Assembly: GCF_009914755.1 (NCBI RefSeq)
Contig: NC_060932.1
Reading direction: 5' to 3' (one strand)
Length of the DNA: 64,000 nt
From: the human T2T-CHM13v2.0 reference genome, Homo sapiens
Numbering within the stretch: the stretch's first letter is position 1; each line of letters begins with the position of its first letter. The notes under the pieces are model-generated. The model saw only the letters and a program-made list of their open reading frames with translations. It was not told the DNA's origin and searched no databases. This document shows positions 43,695-56,516 of the stretch, one piece after another. Position numbers and translations under genes: made by a program.

Positions 43695-44108
43695 GTTGTA
43701 GATGGGCTAGAAGAGGGGCCTTCCAGGCAAAGCGAGAGGCACAAAGCAGTCAGAATTGGGTGAAGTCTGGTAGGATCCTGGAGGGCTACTGTGTGGCTGC
43801 AGGACATGAAGCTGAAGTAAACAGAAGTCAGATTATCAGGGCTTTTAATCTCTTCCAGGGAATTACAAGTTTTACTTAAAGTAAGGTGTTGGGAAGTCAC
43901 TGGAGGGTTTTCATCAAGGTCCCCAGACCCAAATTTTAGCAACATTTCTTGGGAAGTGCAGGAAGGTAAAGAAACCAGTAATGAAACTGGTATTGAAATT
44001 CAGACACAGAATTTAGAAGGCCACATCTAAAGTTACATGTAAAGAAAAAGCATTTAAGAGATAGTAAAGGGAATGAACATGGCTTGAGAATAAACAGTGA
44101 GCGCCAAC

Positions 44109-44874
44109 TGTCAACGAAAAGAGTCAAACTCTGTAAAATATTTGAAGAGATTTATTCTGAGCCAAATATGAGTGACCATGGCCTGTGACACAGCCCTCAG
44201 GAAGTCCTAAGAACATGTGCCCAAGGTGGTTGGGGTATAGCTTAGTTTTATATATTTTAGGGAGGAGGCATGAGACATCAATCAAATACATTTAAGAAAT
44301 ACATTGATTTGGCTCAGAAAAGCGGGACAACTCAAAGAGGGGGGCTTCCAGGCTATAAATAAATTTGAACATTTTCTGGTTGGCAGTTGGTTGAGTTTAT
44401 CTGAAGAGCTGAGATTAATGGAAAGGAATGCTCAGGCTAAGATAAAGGATTGTGGGGACCAAGTTTTATTATGCAGAGGAATCTCTCAGATAGCAGACTT
44501 CACAGAGAGCACAGGTTGTAAACTGTTTCTTATCATTGGACCTAAAAGGGTGCCTGGTTCTCAGTTGATTATCTCCCGGGTCTAGAGAGAAAGGAAGGAA
44601 AACAAAGAGGGAAGGGGATTCTCTATAGAATGTGGATTTTTCCCACAAGAGACTTTGCAGGGCAATATCAAGATATGGCAAGGAAATATATTTTGGGTCT
44701 AAATATTTTTTCCTTGTGTCACAATGTTATGCCAGAGTCAGATTGAAAAGTAAGTCACAATATATAGGGTCAAATAAAACCTATCTGATGAGAATGTATG
44801 GTTTGTAGGGCATGACTCCCTAGATCCCTTAGGTAGGAATTTGGGCAAGATAAAAAATCAGAGCTCACTCCTTA
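44109..44874 (-). mobile_element. MER4D/E-type ERV1 solo LTR
   Basis: tgtcaacgaaaagagtcaaactctgtaaaatatttgaagagatttattctgagccaaatatgagtgacc; end aggaatttgggcaagataaaaaatcagagc. Confidence 0.88.
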
Positions 44875-45869
44875 ATACGAAATACCCCCATGAGAAGGTT
44901 GGTGGGAAGCAGAAGAGACAGAGACTTGAAATATGGATCCTAGGTTTAGCAATTATGCAGCAGAGTGAGGCCCCAGGCCCTGAAAGGGAAAAACAATCAA
45001 AAGCAGCAGAAAATAAGGAGTCAGCCCTCAGGAGCTATTTTTTTTTACTTTAATTTTAGGAAGCACTTCTGCTTCCTTCTCTTTGGAGACTTGCATTCTT
45101 AAAAGATTTTAGCCATTTGTAGTGAGTTAGAATTTTGTCTTTAAAAAATCTCCTTAGGGCCATAGTCAGTATGATTTCTTGAATATTTTCATTCTTCGGC
45201 ACAATTCAATTCAATTCCATAAACATTTGAACTTCTATTACAAGGTAGGCAGTTACTAGAGCATGATTCTTCTATTAAGTTCATTTTAATATTTTAATGG
45301 TCCTAAGATTTAGGTGGCTTAAAAGGGGTAGCACATTAGTTAATAGTGAAATGATTGTGATAGTAAAAAAAAAAAAAAAAATGCTTCACATATGTATGTA
45401 CTTTCTGATGCACCACCACAAAGTGTTTATCATTTGCAATTCAGAGCAACACTGTGAAATAACTGAGGACTACTGTCTTGTACAGATAAAGATGTAAGGA
45501 ATATAAAATAAAGGCAGAAAATTTTATTTTTATTATTGTCATTTTACAGTCAATTTTTAAGAAGGAGATCAAAACCATTAATAATTACTCAGGATTGGCA
45601 AGTTTCATAAATTCTTGAATTCATCTTTCCCCTGATTGTAAGAGAAACAATTGTTCATTGCAGAAAAAAAAATTAGAATATAAAGTCACCCTATTTGTAA
45701 CATCCACAAATAAACACTTAATATTTTATGTGTATTTTAAAGGTTTCAAATATTTTTACATGTTTTCACAAGTGTGTAATTATCTACACATTTTGCAGCC
45801 TGCTTTCTCATATAATGTCAGCTCATAATTTAGACAGCCTACAAAATAGCCTGTACTAGAGCCCAGTCC

Positions 45870-46519
45870 ACTTCCTTATTCAAGGACCTCATCCTTGAAA
45901 AAAGTCAGCCCTCTCACTTGCATAATCAATTATTTCCTCTCTACTGGGTCATTCCCACCAGCTCATAAATGCACTGCAATGTATCTCATCTTAAAACAAA
46001 ACAAAACAAGAACCACTTCTCTCTGAATACCACATGCCTCTTCAGTTTCTACCTTCCCTTTTACTGTAAAAGTCATCAAAATATTTAGCTGCACTTGCCA
46101 TCTTGTATTCTCTCTTCAGCACATTCCGGTCAGGCTTTTGCTCCAACTACATCACTGCAACTGCTCTTGTCAATGTCAACGACCGTCACATGGCCATATT
46201 CTAAGGACACTTCTCAGCCTGCATCTTATTCAGCCTCTCAGGAGCATTCAACACCATTGATCACCATGTCCCTTGCAAAAATTCTGAGATACTCTGAAAA
46301 TGCTCCCTTTCCTTGGCCTCTAGTACACCACATTTGTTCTTCCATTAGTCACCACCCCTCAGGTATCTGTCCTGGATTCTTCTCATATTTCTGCCCTTAA
46401 AACACTGGCAAGACCAAGGGCTCAGTCCTCAGATCTCCTTTCTTCTCTATCTCCACTAATTTCTTGGGAGACATCACCAAACTTAAGGCATTACATATCA
46501 TCTACAAGCTGACAACTCC
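45870..46519 (+). mobile_element. L2 body fragment
   Basis: ctctctactgggtcattccca; caggcttttgctcc; agggctcagtcctcagatctccttcttctctatc-like motifs. Confidence 0.7.
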
Positions 46520-47105
46520 TGTAGGGGTGCAGGAAAAGCTTCCCTTCTGCCCTCTTTGAAGGTTGGCTGGAATGAACTGACAATAGATAGATTAATAGGA
46601 GAAAAGGCATACAAATTTACTAACATGCATAAGCACAGGGGCCATATAAAATATGAGACTCAAAGAAAGGCCAGATGCTTGAGGTTTAAATACCCTCTTC
46701 ACAAGGGGAAGGGAAGTAGGGAAATTGTAGGGGTAGTAAATGATTTTCAGGGGAAATGAATGAGCCCAAAGAACAGATAATAGTTTATAAATAAACAGTA
46801 GGGAGGGGTCTATCAAGGTAAGTTTAGACAAAAATCATTAAATTCCTTTGTGGTACTGCTCCTTTTCCTTTGCTATAAGGTCATGCAGTTCTCCAACACT
46901 TGTTCGTTCTTCCCAGGAGCATGGCTAAGCTCTCTGGGTGTGGTGACAACTTGTAATCCCTTCATTTGTAAATGATTCTCTTTGGAAATTGAATGGGATG
47001 AAAAAGTCACTGGAAAGGTGAGGGGTGGAACTGTACTGTGAACAAGGGTTATTTTATTATGCAAATAAAGTTTTCAGGTAATCTCTTGAAGCTACCTTCA
47101 GAAGA
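46520..47105 (-). mobile_element. ERV1 LTR fragment (MER67/MER31-like)
   Basis: tgtagggg...gaactgacaatagatagattaataggagaaaaggcatacaaattta; aacaagggttattttattatgcaaataaag. Confidence 0.65.
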
Positions 47106-47674
47106 AACCACAAACAAATTTAATGACTTTGTCTAACTCTGTCTTAAAAGAATCCTCCGTACTGTTTATTTTGCAGATAGGTTATTGATAGTATTTAGTA
47201 TGGAGAAGCAATGTATACTTAGCAATTAGGGGAGGAAATGTATGCAAATAGAAGAAAATTTATAGCTGACTAAAATCTCCTACAGAATAAGGCAATTTAT
47301 AATAAGTACAATGCTTCCTAATAAGGCAGGACCAATATGGAGATATGCAAGTTCATTTTTTATACTTTCAGAGTGATTACTAAGAATACTTGTTCATTCT
47401 GTTCCAATAACAACTTTAACTTTCTTTAAATGACAACATTTTCAAATCATGATTCTCTTGTCAAAGTCAAGTCAAACACATGCAGCTGAAACAAGAATAG
47501 GAATTTTAACTTGGATTTGAGATGGGAGTTTATGAAATATTTATTGCTTTGTTTGAATTAGTAAGCATATGCATCCTTAAAGTCCCACATGAAGATGGTC
47601 AACAGTTCAAATTTTACTGATGTGTAGAATTTAAATAAGCCAATAGTACAGAAATATAGTAGAGGAAATAAGAC

Positions 47675-48665
47675 GTTGAACTGTAAGATCTGACAGGCCT
47701 GGATTCAAATTCCACTCGGCCTCTGAATTGATGTGTGAACTTGGACAAGTTTTAAATTTAATTTAATTTTGTTTAATTTTAAGTTATGGGGTACATGTGC
47801 ACAATATGCAGGTTTGTTACATGGGTATATGTGTGCCACAGTTCACCTATCAACCCATCACCTAGGTATTAAGCCCAGCATGCATTAGCTATTTTTCCTG
47901 ATGCTCTCTGCTCGCACCCCCAACCTCCCCCAACAGGCACCAGTGTGTGTTGGTCCCCTCCCTGCGTCTATGTGTTCTCATTGTTCAGCTCCCACTTATA
48001 AGTGAGAACATGTGGTGTTTGGTTTCCTGTTCCTGGGTTAGTTTGTTGAGGATAATGACTTCCACCTCCATCCATGTCCCTGCAAAGGACATTATCTCAT
48101 TACTTTTTAGGGCTGCATAATATTGCATTGTGTATATGTACCACATTTTCTTTATCCAGTCTATCATTGATGGGCATTTGGGTTGATTCCATGTCTTTGC
48201 TATTGTGAATAGTGCTGCAGTGAACATACAAGTACGTGTATCTTTATAATGGAATGATATATATTCCTTTGGGTATATACCCAGTAATGGGATTACTGAG
48301 TCAAATGGTATTTCTGGTTCTAAATCTTTGAGAAATCGCCACACTGTTTTCCACAATGGTTGAACTAATTTACATTCCCACCAACTGGGTAAAAGCGTTC
48401 CTATTTCTCTACAACCTCGCCAGCATCTGCTGTTTCTTGAATTTTTAAGAATTGCCATTCTGACTGACATGAGATGGTATTTGGACAAGTTTTTAATCAT
48501 TCTAAGTAAAGTTATGTTTCCTCGCCTGTAAAATGGGATAATATAGATAATATAATATTGCAACCTTTATAATATTGTCAAGAGTGTTGCGTGAGATAAT
48601 ATGTATAAAAGTGCTTAACATAGTTCCTGATGCATACTAAGTGACCAGTAATTCTTAGCTATTAA
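47675..48665 (+). mobile_element. MIR split by the L1PA
   Basis: cctggattcaaattccactc...gtgaacttggacaagtt | tttcctcgcctgtaaaatgggata...gtgcttaacatagttcctg. Confidence 0.75.
47754..48480 (-). mobile_element. 5'-truncated L1PA (about PA10-13) inserted in a MIR
   Basis: ttttaagttatggggtacatgtgc 3' end. ORF2 C-terminal CCHC-region peptide in ORF 47985..48563. TSD ttggacaagtttt at 47741-47753 and 48481-48493. Confidence 0.92.
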
Positions 48666-49962
48666 ATTATCTATACTGCTTTTAAGGTTTTCTCTTAAAT
48701 TGTATCTGTTAAGACTTTAAAATGTTATTATACTTGCTTATTGCAAACTTCGTTACACACTAAAGATATTTGTGTGATTCAAATTTACCACTTGCCAAAG
48801 ATGTTGCTTTGAATGACTTCCGTGTTCCTTCCATCATGCTTCCTTCTCCAAGAGACACCATGATCTTATGAGTTTAAGCACTAACTGGCAGGTTGCATCA
48901 TATGAAGCATACTGTCACTTCTGGCATCGATTTCCTCTGCAAATCAGCGATTCAAGTGATCTGAGTTTCTCCATCAAATGGCTTTTAAATAATGAGCAAT
49001 CATCATCTGTTAACCACTTAGGGGCCCTCAGGGAAACTTGAATGAAGTATTTTGTACTAACCATAATGTATTTGGTATTTAATAGTCAAACATAAACCCT
49101 TTTTAAGGTCACTGTGGTTAGAGAAGTTGGAAGTGATTTTTATGGCAAATTAAGTTTCCATTGTTTGAACTCAGTTCTGCTGATTGAGAATGCAGGCTAG
49201 GTGGATTTGCATTTCACTCCTTCTCTCCTCCCAGCTCTAGCAGTGGTTTACCTCCTCACTCATCTCACCTGGGCAGCAACAGGATTGCCAAAACAAGGAA
49301 AGGATAAAATTCTCCCACTTGAGCTCTATTAAGCAGAAAGTAAAAGAAGCAATTGAGATTATCTTAGTTTCTTCATACTAAAGGATTTCCTACCAGGAAT
49401 GAGGCAGATAACTGTAATCAGTATGTTCTTTAAATGTATAGTCACATTGTCTGTTGCCTTGGCAGAAATTTGACAGGTTTGTACCATGAGATAATTTTTC
49501 ACCTATCACTTCCCTCTCTCCTTTCACCCCTCCCTTCTTTTGTGTGTTTTTTTAATAGAGATTATCTATAAATTTATGATTAGAAAAAAATGGGACTAAG
49601 AAACATGTAGGGACCAACTCTTAAAGACGCTCAAACATAGTCAAATATATTTCTTCACCATCAATCTTTTGCTAGCTCTTTCACATAAGGCTTTTTCATC
49701 TGCCGTCTGCAGGACATTCAGCCTTCCCTTTGTCTTCATGTCTGGTTATCTAAGCAATTTATTAGCTCTTCCCTAAGGAACTACCATAAATAACAGAATC
49801 TAAACTCTGCATCTTCTCTTTCCCTCAAATAAAGCATTGTCTTTCTCCATCTCTCTCACTAGTAGATGAACTAATTGAAGACAAGGAATGTGTCTTGTAT
49901 ATTGCTGCACCTCCTGCATTTTACTCAAAGCAAGAGCTCAATAACTACTTGTTGAATTATTG

Positions 49963-50293
49963 AATATAGATAATATAATAATAGAACCTCTATAATGTTA
50001 TCAAGAGCATTACATGAGACAACACATATAAAAGTGCTTAGCACAGTTCCTGATGCATACTAACTGTCCAGTAATTCTTAGCTATTAAATTATGTAAACT
50101 GCTTTTAAGGTTTTCTCTTAAATTATATCTGTTAAGACTTTAAAATGTTATTAGACTTGTTTATTGCAAACTTCCTTACAGACTAAAGATATTTGTGTGG
50201 TTCAAATTTACCATTTGCCAAAGATGTTTGCTTCAAATGACTTCCATGTTCCTTCCGTCATTCTTCCTTCTCCAAGAGACACCATGATCTTAT
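49963..50293 (+). repeat. ~330-bp direct copy of 48540-48869
   Basis: Aligned by eye with about 33 differences (~90% identity). Flanked by ttgaatt(a/g)ttgaatata. Confidence 0.95.
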
Positions 50294-52350
50294 TTGAATT
50301 GTTGAATATAAAAGGGACAATTAGGGAATATTGTTTAGGTTGCAGCTAGGAAAGCTTCTGTGCTTGATCTGCTGATCTGGGCTAGTTTTGCAGATGCCAG
50401 TTTTGCTTAATATGGTTAGGACAATTGCCAAAGAGTTAGAACTGTTCTAAGATCTGCTTAGAAAACTTTATCTTCTAGTGTGCTCTGATATGAACCTGCA
50501 GAAAAAACCTAGACCCCTCCTAACCTCAAAGGAACACTGGGTTGGTACAGCTTCTCGGACATCAACAGTGCCTTCTAGGAACATATATTCTAAGAAAATC
50601 CATTGCCTATTAAGATACGGAGTGGTTGCCCAGTTTCTTTTCTAATGAGTGCATTCTCTTCTCTCTTATGTTTGCTCTCTTGTGTTAATATAACAAAAAG
50701 AGCATTTGGTGTGTAACTGCTATTGCATGAGCACTTCATTTTCTTTCAAATAGGTGGATATGTGACTTCCTCACTAATGACTGTCACACGGTATAAGAGA
50801 AACCCATCACCATAAAATATAGTATTCTTAGAAGACTCTTTTGCATCGATGAAACCCACTTATGCTGCTGAAAATGTTTTTAACCTGTCTTCTTCTATGT
50901 GGGAAATGGATGTCATTGGTAGGGCATGCATGAACTGAATAGATAAAGCCTAACTTCATGCTGTGTGCTTATACCACCTGCAGATCTGCATGCATGCAGG
51001 TATGTGACTGAAGGACTCCTCCGCCCAAGCCCTGAAAGACGGTCCTCCCTTACACTAAAGGGAAGGAGACAGAAGATTTCAAAGTCAGCGCCTGTGTCAT
51101 CTTCTCCCTTTTCTTCTCCACATTTGTTTCTCAGAGGAATCTTAGTAGATGGAGGGAGTTCGTTGTATTTGCAACTTGGAGGGGTCTCATTTTAGTTTTC
51201 ACATAAGGGCAATAAGAAGAGATAAGGAGAGATGAGAGTTATAAAGGGCAGCCAATGTGAAAGAAGCTTCCCAAGGCAAGGTGATATTGAGTTCAGGTAT
51301 GTTTTGAACCTTGTTGTGAGGTATGTTAGCCTGCAAGCATTACAAATCTTAGAAAATGGCACTAGTTAATCCTTCATTATCCAGCAGAAACTGAGCCAAC
51401 GGCCACGGGTGACATCTGTATCTGATTGTTGAAGAGAGAGAGGGAATACTTTTGCCTATATTATGTTGCTCCTGAACTCTGATTGAACACAAAACAAGGC
51501 AGTTGAGTGATGCTTGTATAGTGCCAGTGTGAAAATGAAGTACAAACGAAGTGCCCATTAAAAAATGAAGTGCATTTCTAATGGATTGCAAGAATCACTT
51601 AACACTGTCTGAGACTCCTAAAGAAAATCAAGAGATTCTGAGACTGAATGTACTGAAATGTATCTTGTGCCTCGCAATTTATCATGGCACTTTTTGGTTT
51701 CTTTTTTAACATTCCATGTAAGGCAGAAAAGACCATCCTTCTTTTGTATATCAAGGTACAGAACATTCCATCATTGCAAGGATGGCCCATGTTACCCTTT
51801 TATAGGCACACTCACTTCCCTCAACCCCACCTACTCAGCCCCTGGCAATCACTAATCTGTTCTGTTTCTATAATTTCATCATTTCAATAATGATTTCATC
51901 ATTTCAATAATGTCATATAAATGGAATCATAGAGTATGTAATTTTGGGGGGATTTCCCTTTTTACTCAGCAAAATTCTCCAGAGATTCACCCAGGTTGTT
52001 GTAGATATCGACAGTTTGTTCTTTTTTATTGCCAAGCAGTGTTCCATGGTCTGGCTGTACCAGTTTGCTTAACCATTCTTTTATTAAGGGACATGTGAGT
52101 TGTTTCCACTTTTTATTACAAATAGAGCTGCTGTGAGTGTCTTTGTACCAGTTTTTGTGTAAACATAAGTTTTTATTTCTCTGAAATAAATGCGCAGGAG
52201 TACAATTGCTGGGTCATATGGTCATTGTATGTTTTGGTTTTTAGAAAACTGCCATATTATCTTCCAGAGTTCCTATACCATATTACACTTCTATCATTGT
52301 ATGAGCAATCCAGCTTGTCCACATCCTCACCAGCATTTGGAGGTGTCACT

Positions 52351-52637
<287 letters not shown>

Positions 52638-54266
52638 GGAGGTGTCACTATTTTTTTAAGCCATTCTGATGGATTTGTAGTGTGATATCTCATTGTGGTT
52701 TTAACTTGCCTTTCACTAATGGTTAATGATGTGAAATATCTTCTCATGTACTTATTTGACATCTTATATTTTCTTTGGTAAAATTTTCTGGCATGTTTTT
52801 GCTCATATTCTCATTGGATTTCTTGTTTCAATACTGTTATATTTGAGAGCTTATTATATATTCTAGATACTTGTCCTTTGTTGGAATGTAATTTGCAAAT
52901 ACGTTATCTCAGTCTACAGTTTTTGCTTTCATCTACTTCGCATGAGCTTTCACAGAGCAAGTTTTTAATTTTTGCAGTAACCAACTTATTGTCTTTTTAC
53001 TTGTTTTATGGATCATGCTTTTGGAGGCAAGTCTAAGAACCTCTTGCCAGTCCTAGATATTGAAGATTATTTCCTATGTTTCTTTCTTTCTAAAAGTTTT
53101 ATGGTTTTATTGCATTTAAATTCATGAGTTAATTTTTGAATCAATTTTGTATGAGGTGTGAAGGTTAAGTCAGGTATTTTTTTGTTTTTTGTTTTCTCTG
53201 TGGATGTCCTATTGCTCCAGCACCATTTGTTGAAAACTATCTTTATGCCACTGGAGTGCTTTTATACCTTAGTCAAAAACCACTTGAGCATTTGTGTGAT
53301 TCTATTCTTGGGTCCTCTATTCTGTTCCCTTAATCTATATATCTTTTCCTCCACAAATACCACCCAGTCTTGATTGCTATAACTACATGATAAACCTTGA
53401 AATTTGGTAGAATAATTCCTTCCACTTTATTCTTTTTCAAAATTATTTTAACTATTCCAGGGCCTATGTTTTCCATAAAAATTTTTAAATAATTCTATCA
53501 ATATCTGCAAAAATAAAATTCTTACTTGGATTTTGATGGATGTTGCATTAAACCTGTTTACCAATTTGAGGGGAATTAACATATATATTATCTTAAAATC
53601 TACAAACATATGTCTTCCATTTAGGTGGATCTTTTTTTACTTCTTTCATCAGAAATGTGTAATTTTCAGCATACAAATTCTAAATATGTTTTGTTAGATT
53701 TACACTTAAGTATTTAATATTTTGAGCAATTATATATAGTAATGTATTTTTAATTTTGGTGTCTTCATATTTATTGTTGGTATAGAGAAATATAATTTTT
53801 TTATATTTATCTTAAATCCTGCAACATTGATAAACTCATTAGTTAGCTATAGGAAAGGTACTTTTATAGATTCCTTGGGATTTTTTAATGTAGACAGTCA
53901 TGTTATCTGCAAATCGAGACAGCTATATTTTTTCCTTTTTAATCTGTAAGCATTTTGGTTTCTTTTCTTGTCTTATTGCTGTAACTGGAGCTTCCAGCAT
54001 GTGTTGAATAAGAGTGATGAGATCAGATACACTTGTCTTGTTCCTGTTGTTGGGGAAAAACATTCAGTTTTTCACCATAAAGTATAACATTAGATACAGG
54101 TTTTTGGCAGATGTTTTAAAATCACGTTTAGAAGGTTCCTCTCCAATTCTATTTTTCTGAGCATTTTTAACATGAATCAGTGTTGAATTTTGCCAAAGTC
54201 TTTTTATGTATCAGTAGATATGATCACATGACTTTTCTTCTTTGGCTTGTTAATATGATGAATTAC

Positions 54267-54827
54267 TATTGCGAAAGTACCAGGAATTTGTTTTAATCAG
54301 ATACAGTAAGACAGGCAGACATGGAGTAACTGCTATGATAAGTTTGTTACACTCACAGATCCCTAGAAACAGGGAGCATTCCACACTACAGAATGGAGTC
54401 ACATGGGAAAGCCCCGAGGTTAGTCAGGAGGCAGCGGAGTGAGTAGAGAACTTGGGCAAGAGCCTTTATTGTGATTTTCATAGGAAAGAATGGGTAAGGC
54501 TGGGAATGAAGTCTCAGCAAGTTTAGGATTGATTGGCTAGTCTGAATCATTTTGGTGGACCCTTGTGGGTAGGTGTTGTTGCTAGTTGTCTAGTAACTGA
54601 CCCTGGGGTGATTAGGGTAAGGGAATAGTGGCCCAGAGCATAGGAGCCCAAAGGAGGTGGTTGGAAGTATGGGTGCTAGATTGGTCAGTTTGCATATGAA
54701 AGGGGAGCTCCCAGGCTAGTCATTTGTTATCTCTGGGAATCAACTAGTTGGGGCAGCTCCTCCCTGGTCCAGAAGACCTCAGATGTCAAAGCATTAAATA
54801 TAGAAACTAGAAAACATGATTAATACA
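54267..54827 (-). mobile_element. ERVL solo LTR (MER74-like)
   Basis: gggcaagagcctttattgtg...; gaccctggggtgattagg. 5-bp TSD ATTAC (54262-54266, 54828-54832). Confidence 0.8.
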
Positions 54828-55032
54828 ATTACATTGATTTCTATAATATAAGTTAGCCTTGCATCTCTGGAATAAACTCAATTTGATCATAGTGTCTAAT
54901 TCTTTTTTATATATTGTTGAAGTCTACATGCTAATATTTCATTAAGAGTTCTTACATCTGTATTCATGAATGATATTGATCTATAATTTTATTGTTTCAT
55001 TCTGTTTTTATCTTGTTTGGGTACATAAGGAT

Positions 55033-55400
55033 TGATATAATTTGGATATTTGTCCACTCCAAATTGATGGAGGCAGAGCCTAGTGGGTCATGGGGGTGGA
55101 TCCTTCATGAACTGCTTGGTCCTCATGGTAATGACTTCTCACTCTAGTTCCTGGGAGATCTGATTCTTATAAAGAGCCTAGCACCTCCCTCCCCTCTCTC
55201 TCTCACTTCCTGCCATGTGATCTCTACATACCTGCTCCCCTTCACCTTCAGCCATGAGTGGACGCTCCCTGAAGCCCTCACCAGAAGCAGATGCTGGCAC
55301 CATGTTTCTTATGTAGCTTGCAGAACCATCAGCCAAATAAACCTCCTTTTTTTTATAATTTGTTTGATCTCAGGTATTTCTAGCAAAACAGACTAAGACA
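55033..55400 (+). mobile_element. MSTB-like MaLR LTR
   Basis: tgatataatttggatatttgtcc...gggtcatgggggtggatcc...gaagcagatgctggcaccatg...aacagactaagaca. Confidence 0.85.
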
Positions 55401-56092
55401 AAGGTAATACTAGCTTCATAAACCAACTGGAAAGTGTTACCTTCACTTCTATTTTCTGAAAGAGACTCTGTAAAATTAGTGTTAATTCTTCTGTAAAAGT
55501 TCAGTGGAATCTCCTAGTAAAATCATTTGAGCCAGAACTTTTATTCTTGGTAGATTTATAAATCACACATTTAATTTTCTTAACAGTTATAGGGCTATTC
55601 AAATTACCTTTCATATTGGAGAAGTAGTTTATATTTTATGAGAAATTGATCTGTTTCCTCTAAGTTGTTAAATATGTGCATGTAGAGTTCTTTATAGTAT
55701 TCCCGGCTTATCCTTTTGGTGTCTGCAGGGTCTATAGTAGTATGCCCTATTTCATTCCTAATGTTGGTAATTTGTGACTTCTTTTTTTGTTCCCTTGTCA
55801 AACTTGCTAATAGTTTGTTAATTTTATTGATCTTTTCAATGAATCAGCTCTTTGTTTCATAGATTTTATTATTTTTCTATTTTTAATTTTATCAGTTTCT
55901 GCTCTTACCTTTATTATTTTCTTTTTATGCTTACTTTGGCTTTATTTTGCTCTTCTCTTTCCAAGTTCTTGGGGTAGGGGCTTAGATTATTGATTCAAGA
56001 CTTTTCTGTTTAATAAAGAAATATGTATTTAATGCTACAAATTTCCCTGTCAACAGTGCCTTAGCTGTGTCCCACAAATTTTGATATGTCCT

Positions 56093-56516
56093 ATGTCTTG
56101 ATCTGTTTTCTGTTGTTATAACAATATGCCTGAAACTGGGTAATTTATAAAGAAAAGGCATGTATTTCTTACCATTATGGAGGCTGAGAAGTCCAAAGTT
56201 GAGAGGTTGTATCTGTTGAGGGCCTTCTTGCTGGTGGGGACTATGTAACATCCCAGAGTGGCATAGGGCAGTTCATGTTGAGTGGGCTGAGCATGGTAGT
56301 TCAAATCTCTCTTCCTCTTCTTAGAAAGCCACCGGTCCTACTCCCTTGATAACTCATTAATCCATTGGTCTACAAATGGTTTTATTCATTCATGAGAACA
56401 GAGCCCTCATGACCCAATCACTTCTCAATACTGTCCCCACCTCTCGGTACTGCCACATTAAGGAGTAAGTTTCAACATGAGTTTCAAGGGAGAAAAAAAC
56501 ATTCAAACCATAGTGC
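56093..56516 (-). mobile_element. MSTC-like MaLR LTR
   Basis: ctgggtaatttataaagaaaagg...ggaggctgagaagtccaa...cagagccctcatgacccaatcac...ttcaaaccatag. Confidence 0.85.

Noticed and set aside
47985-48563. Longest ORF in the track (192 aa)
   Set aside because: L1 ORF2 C-terminus read through from MIR sequence in a 730-bp truncated L1; no promoter or splice support.
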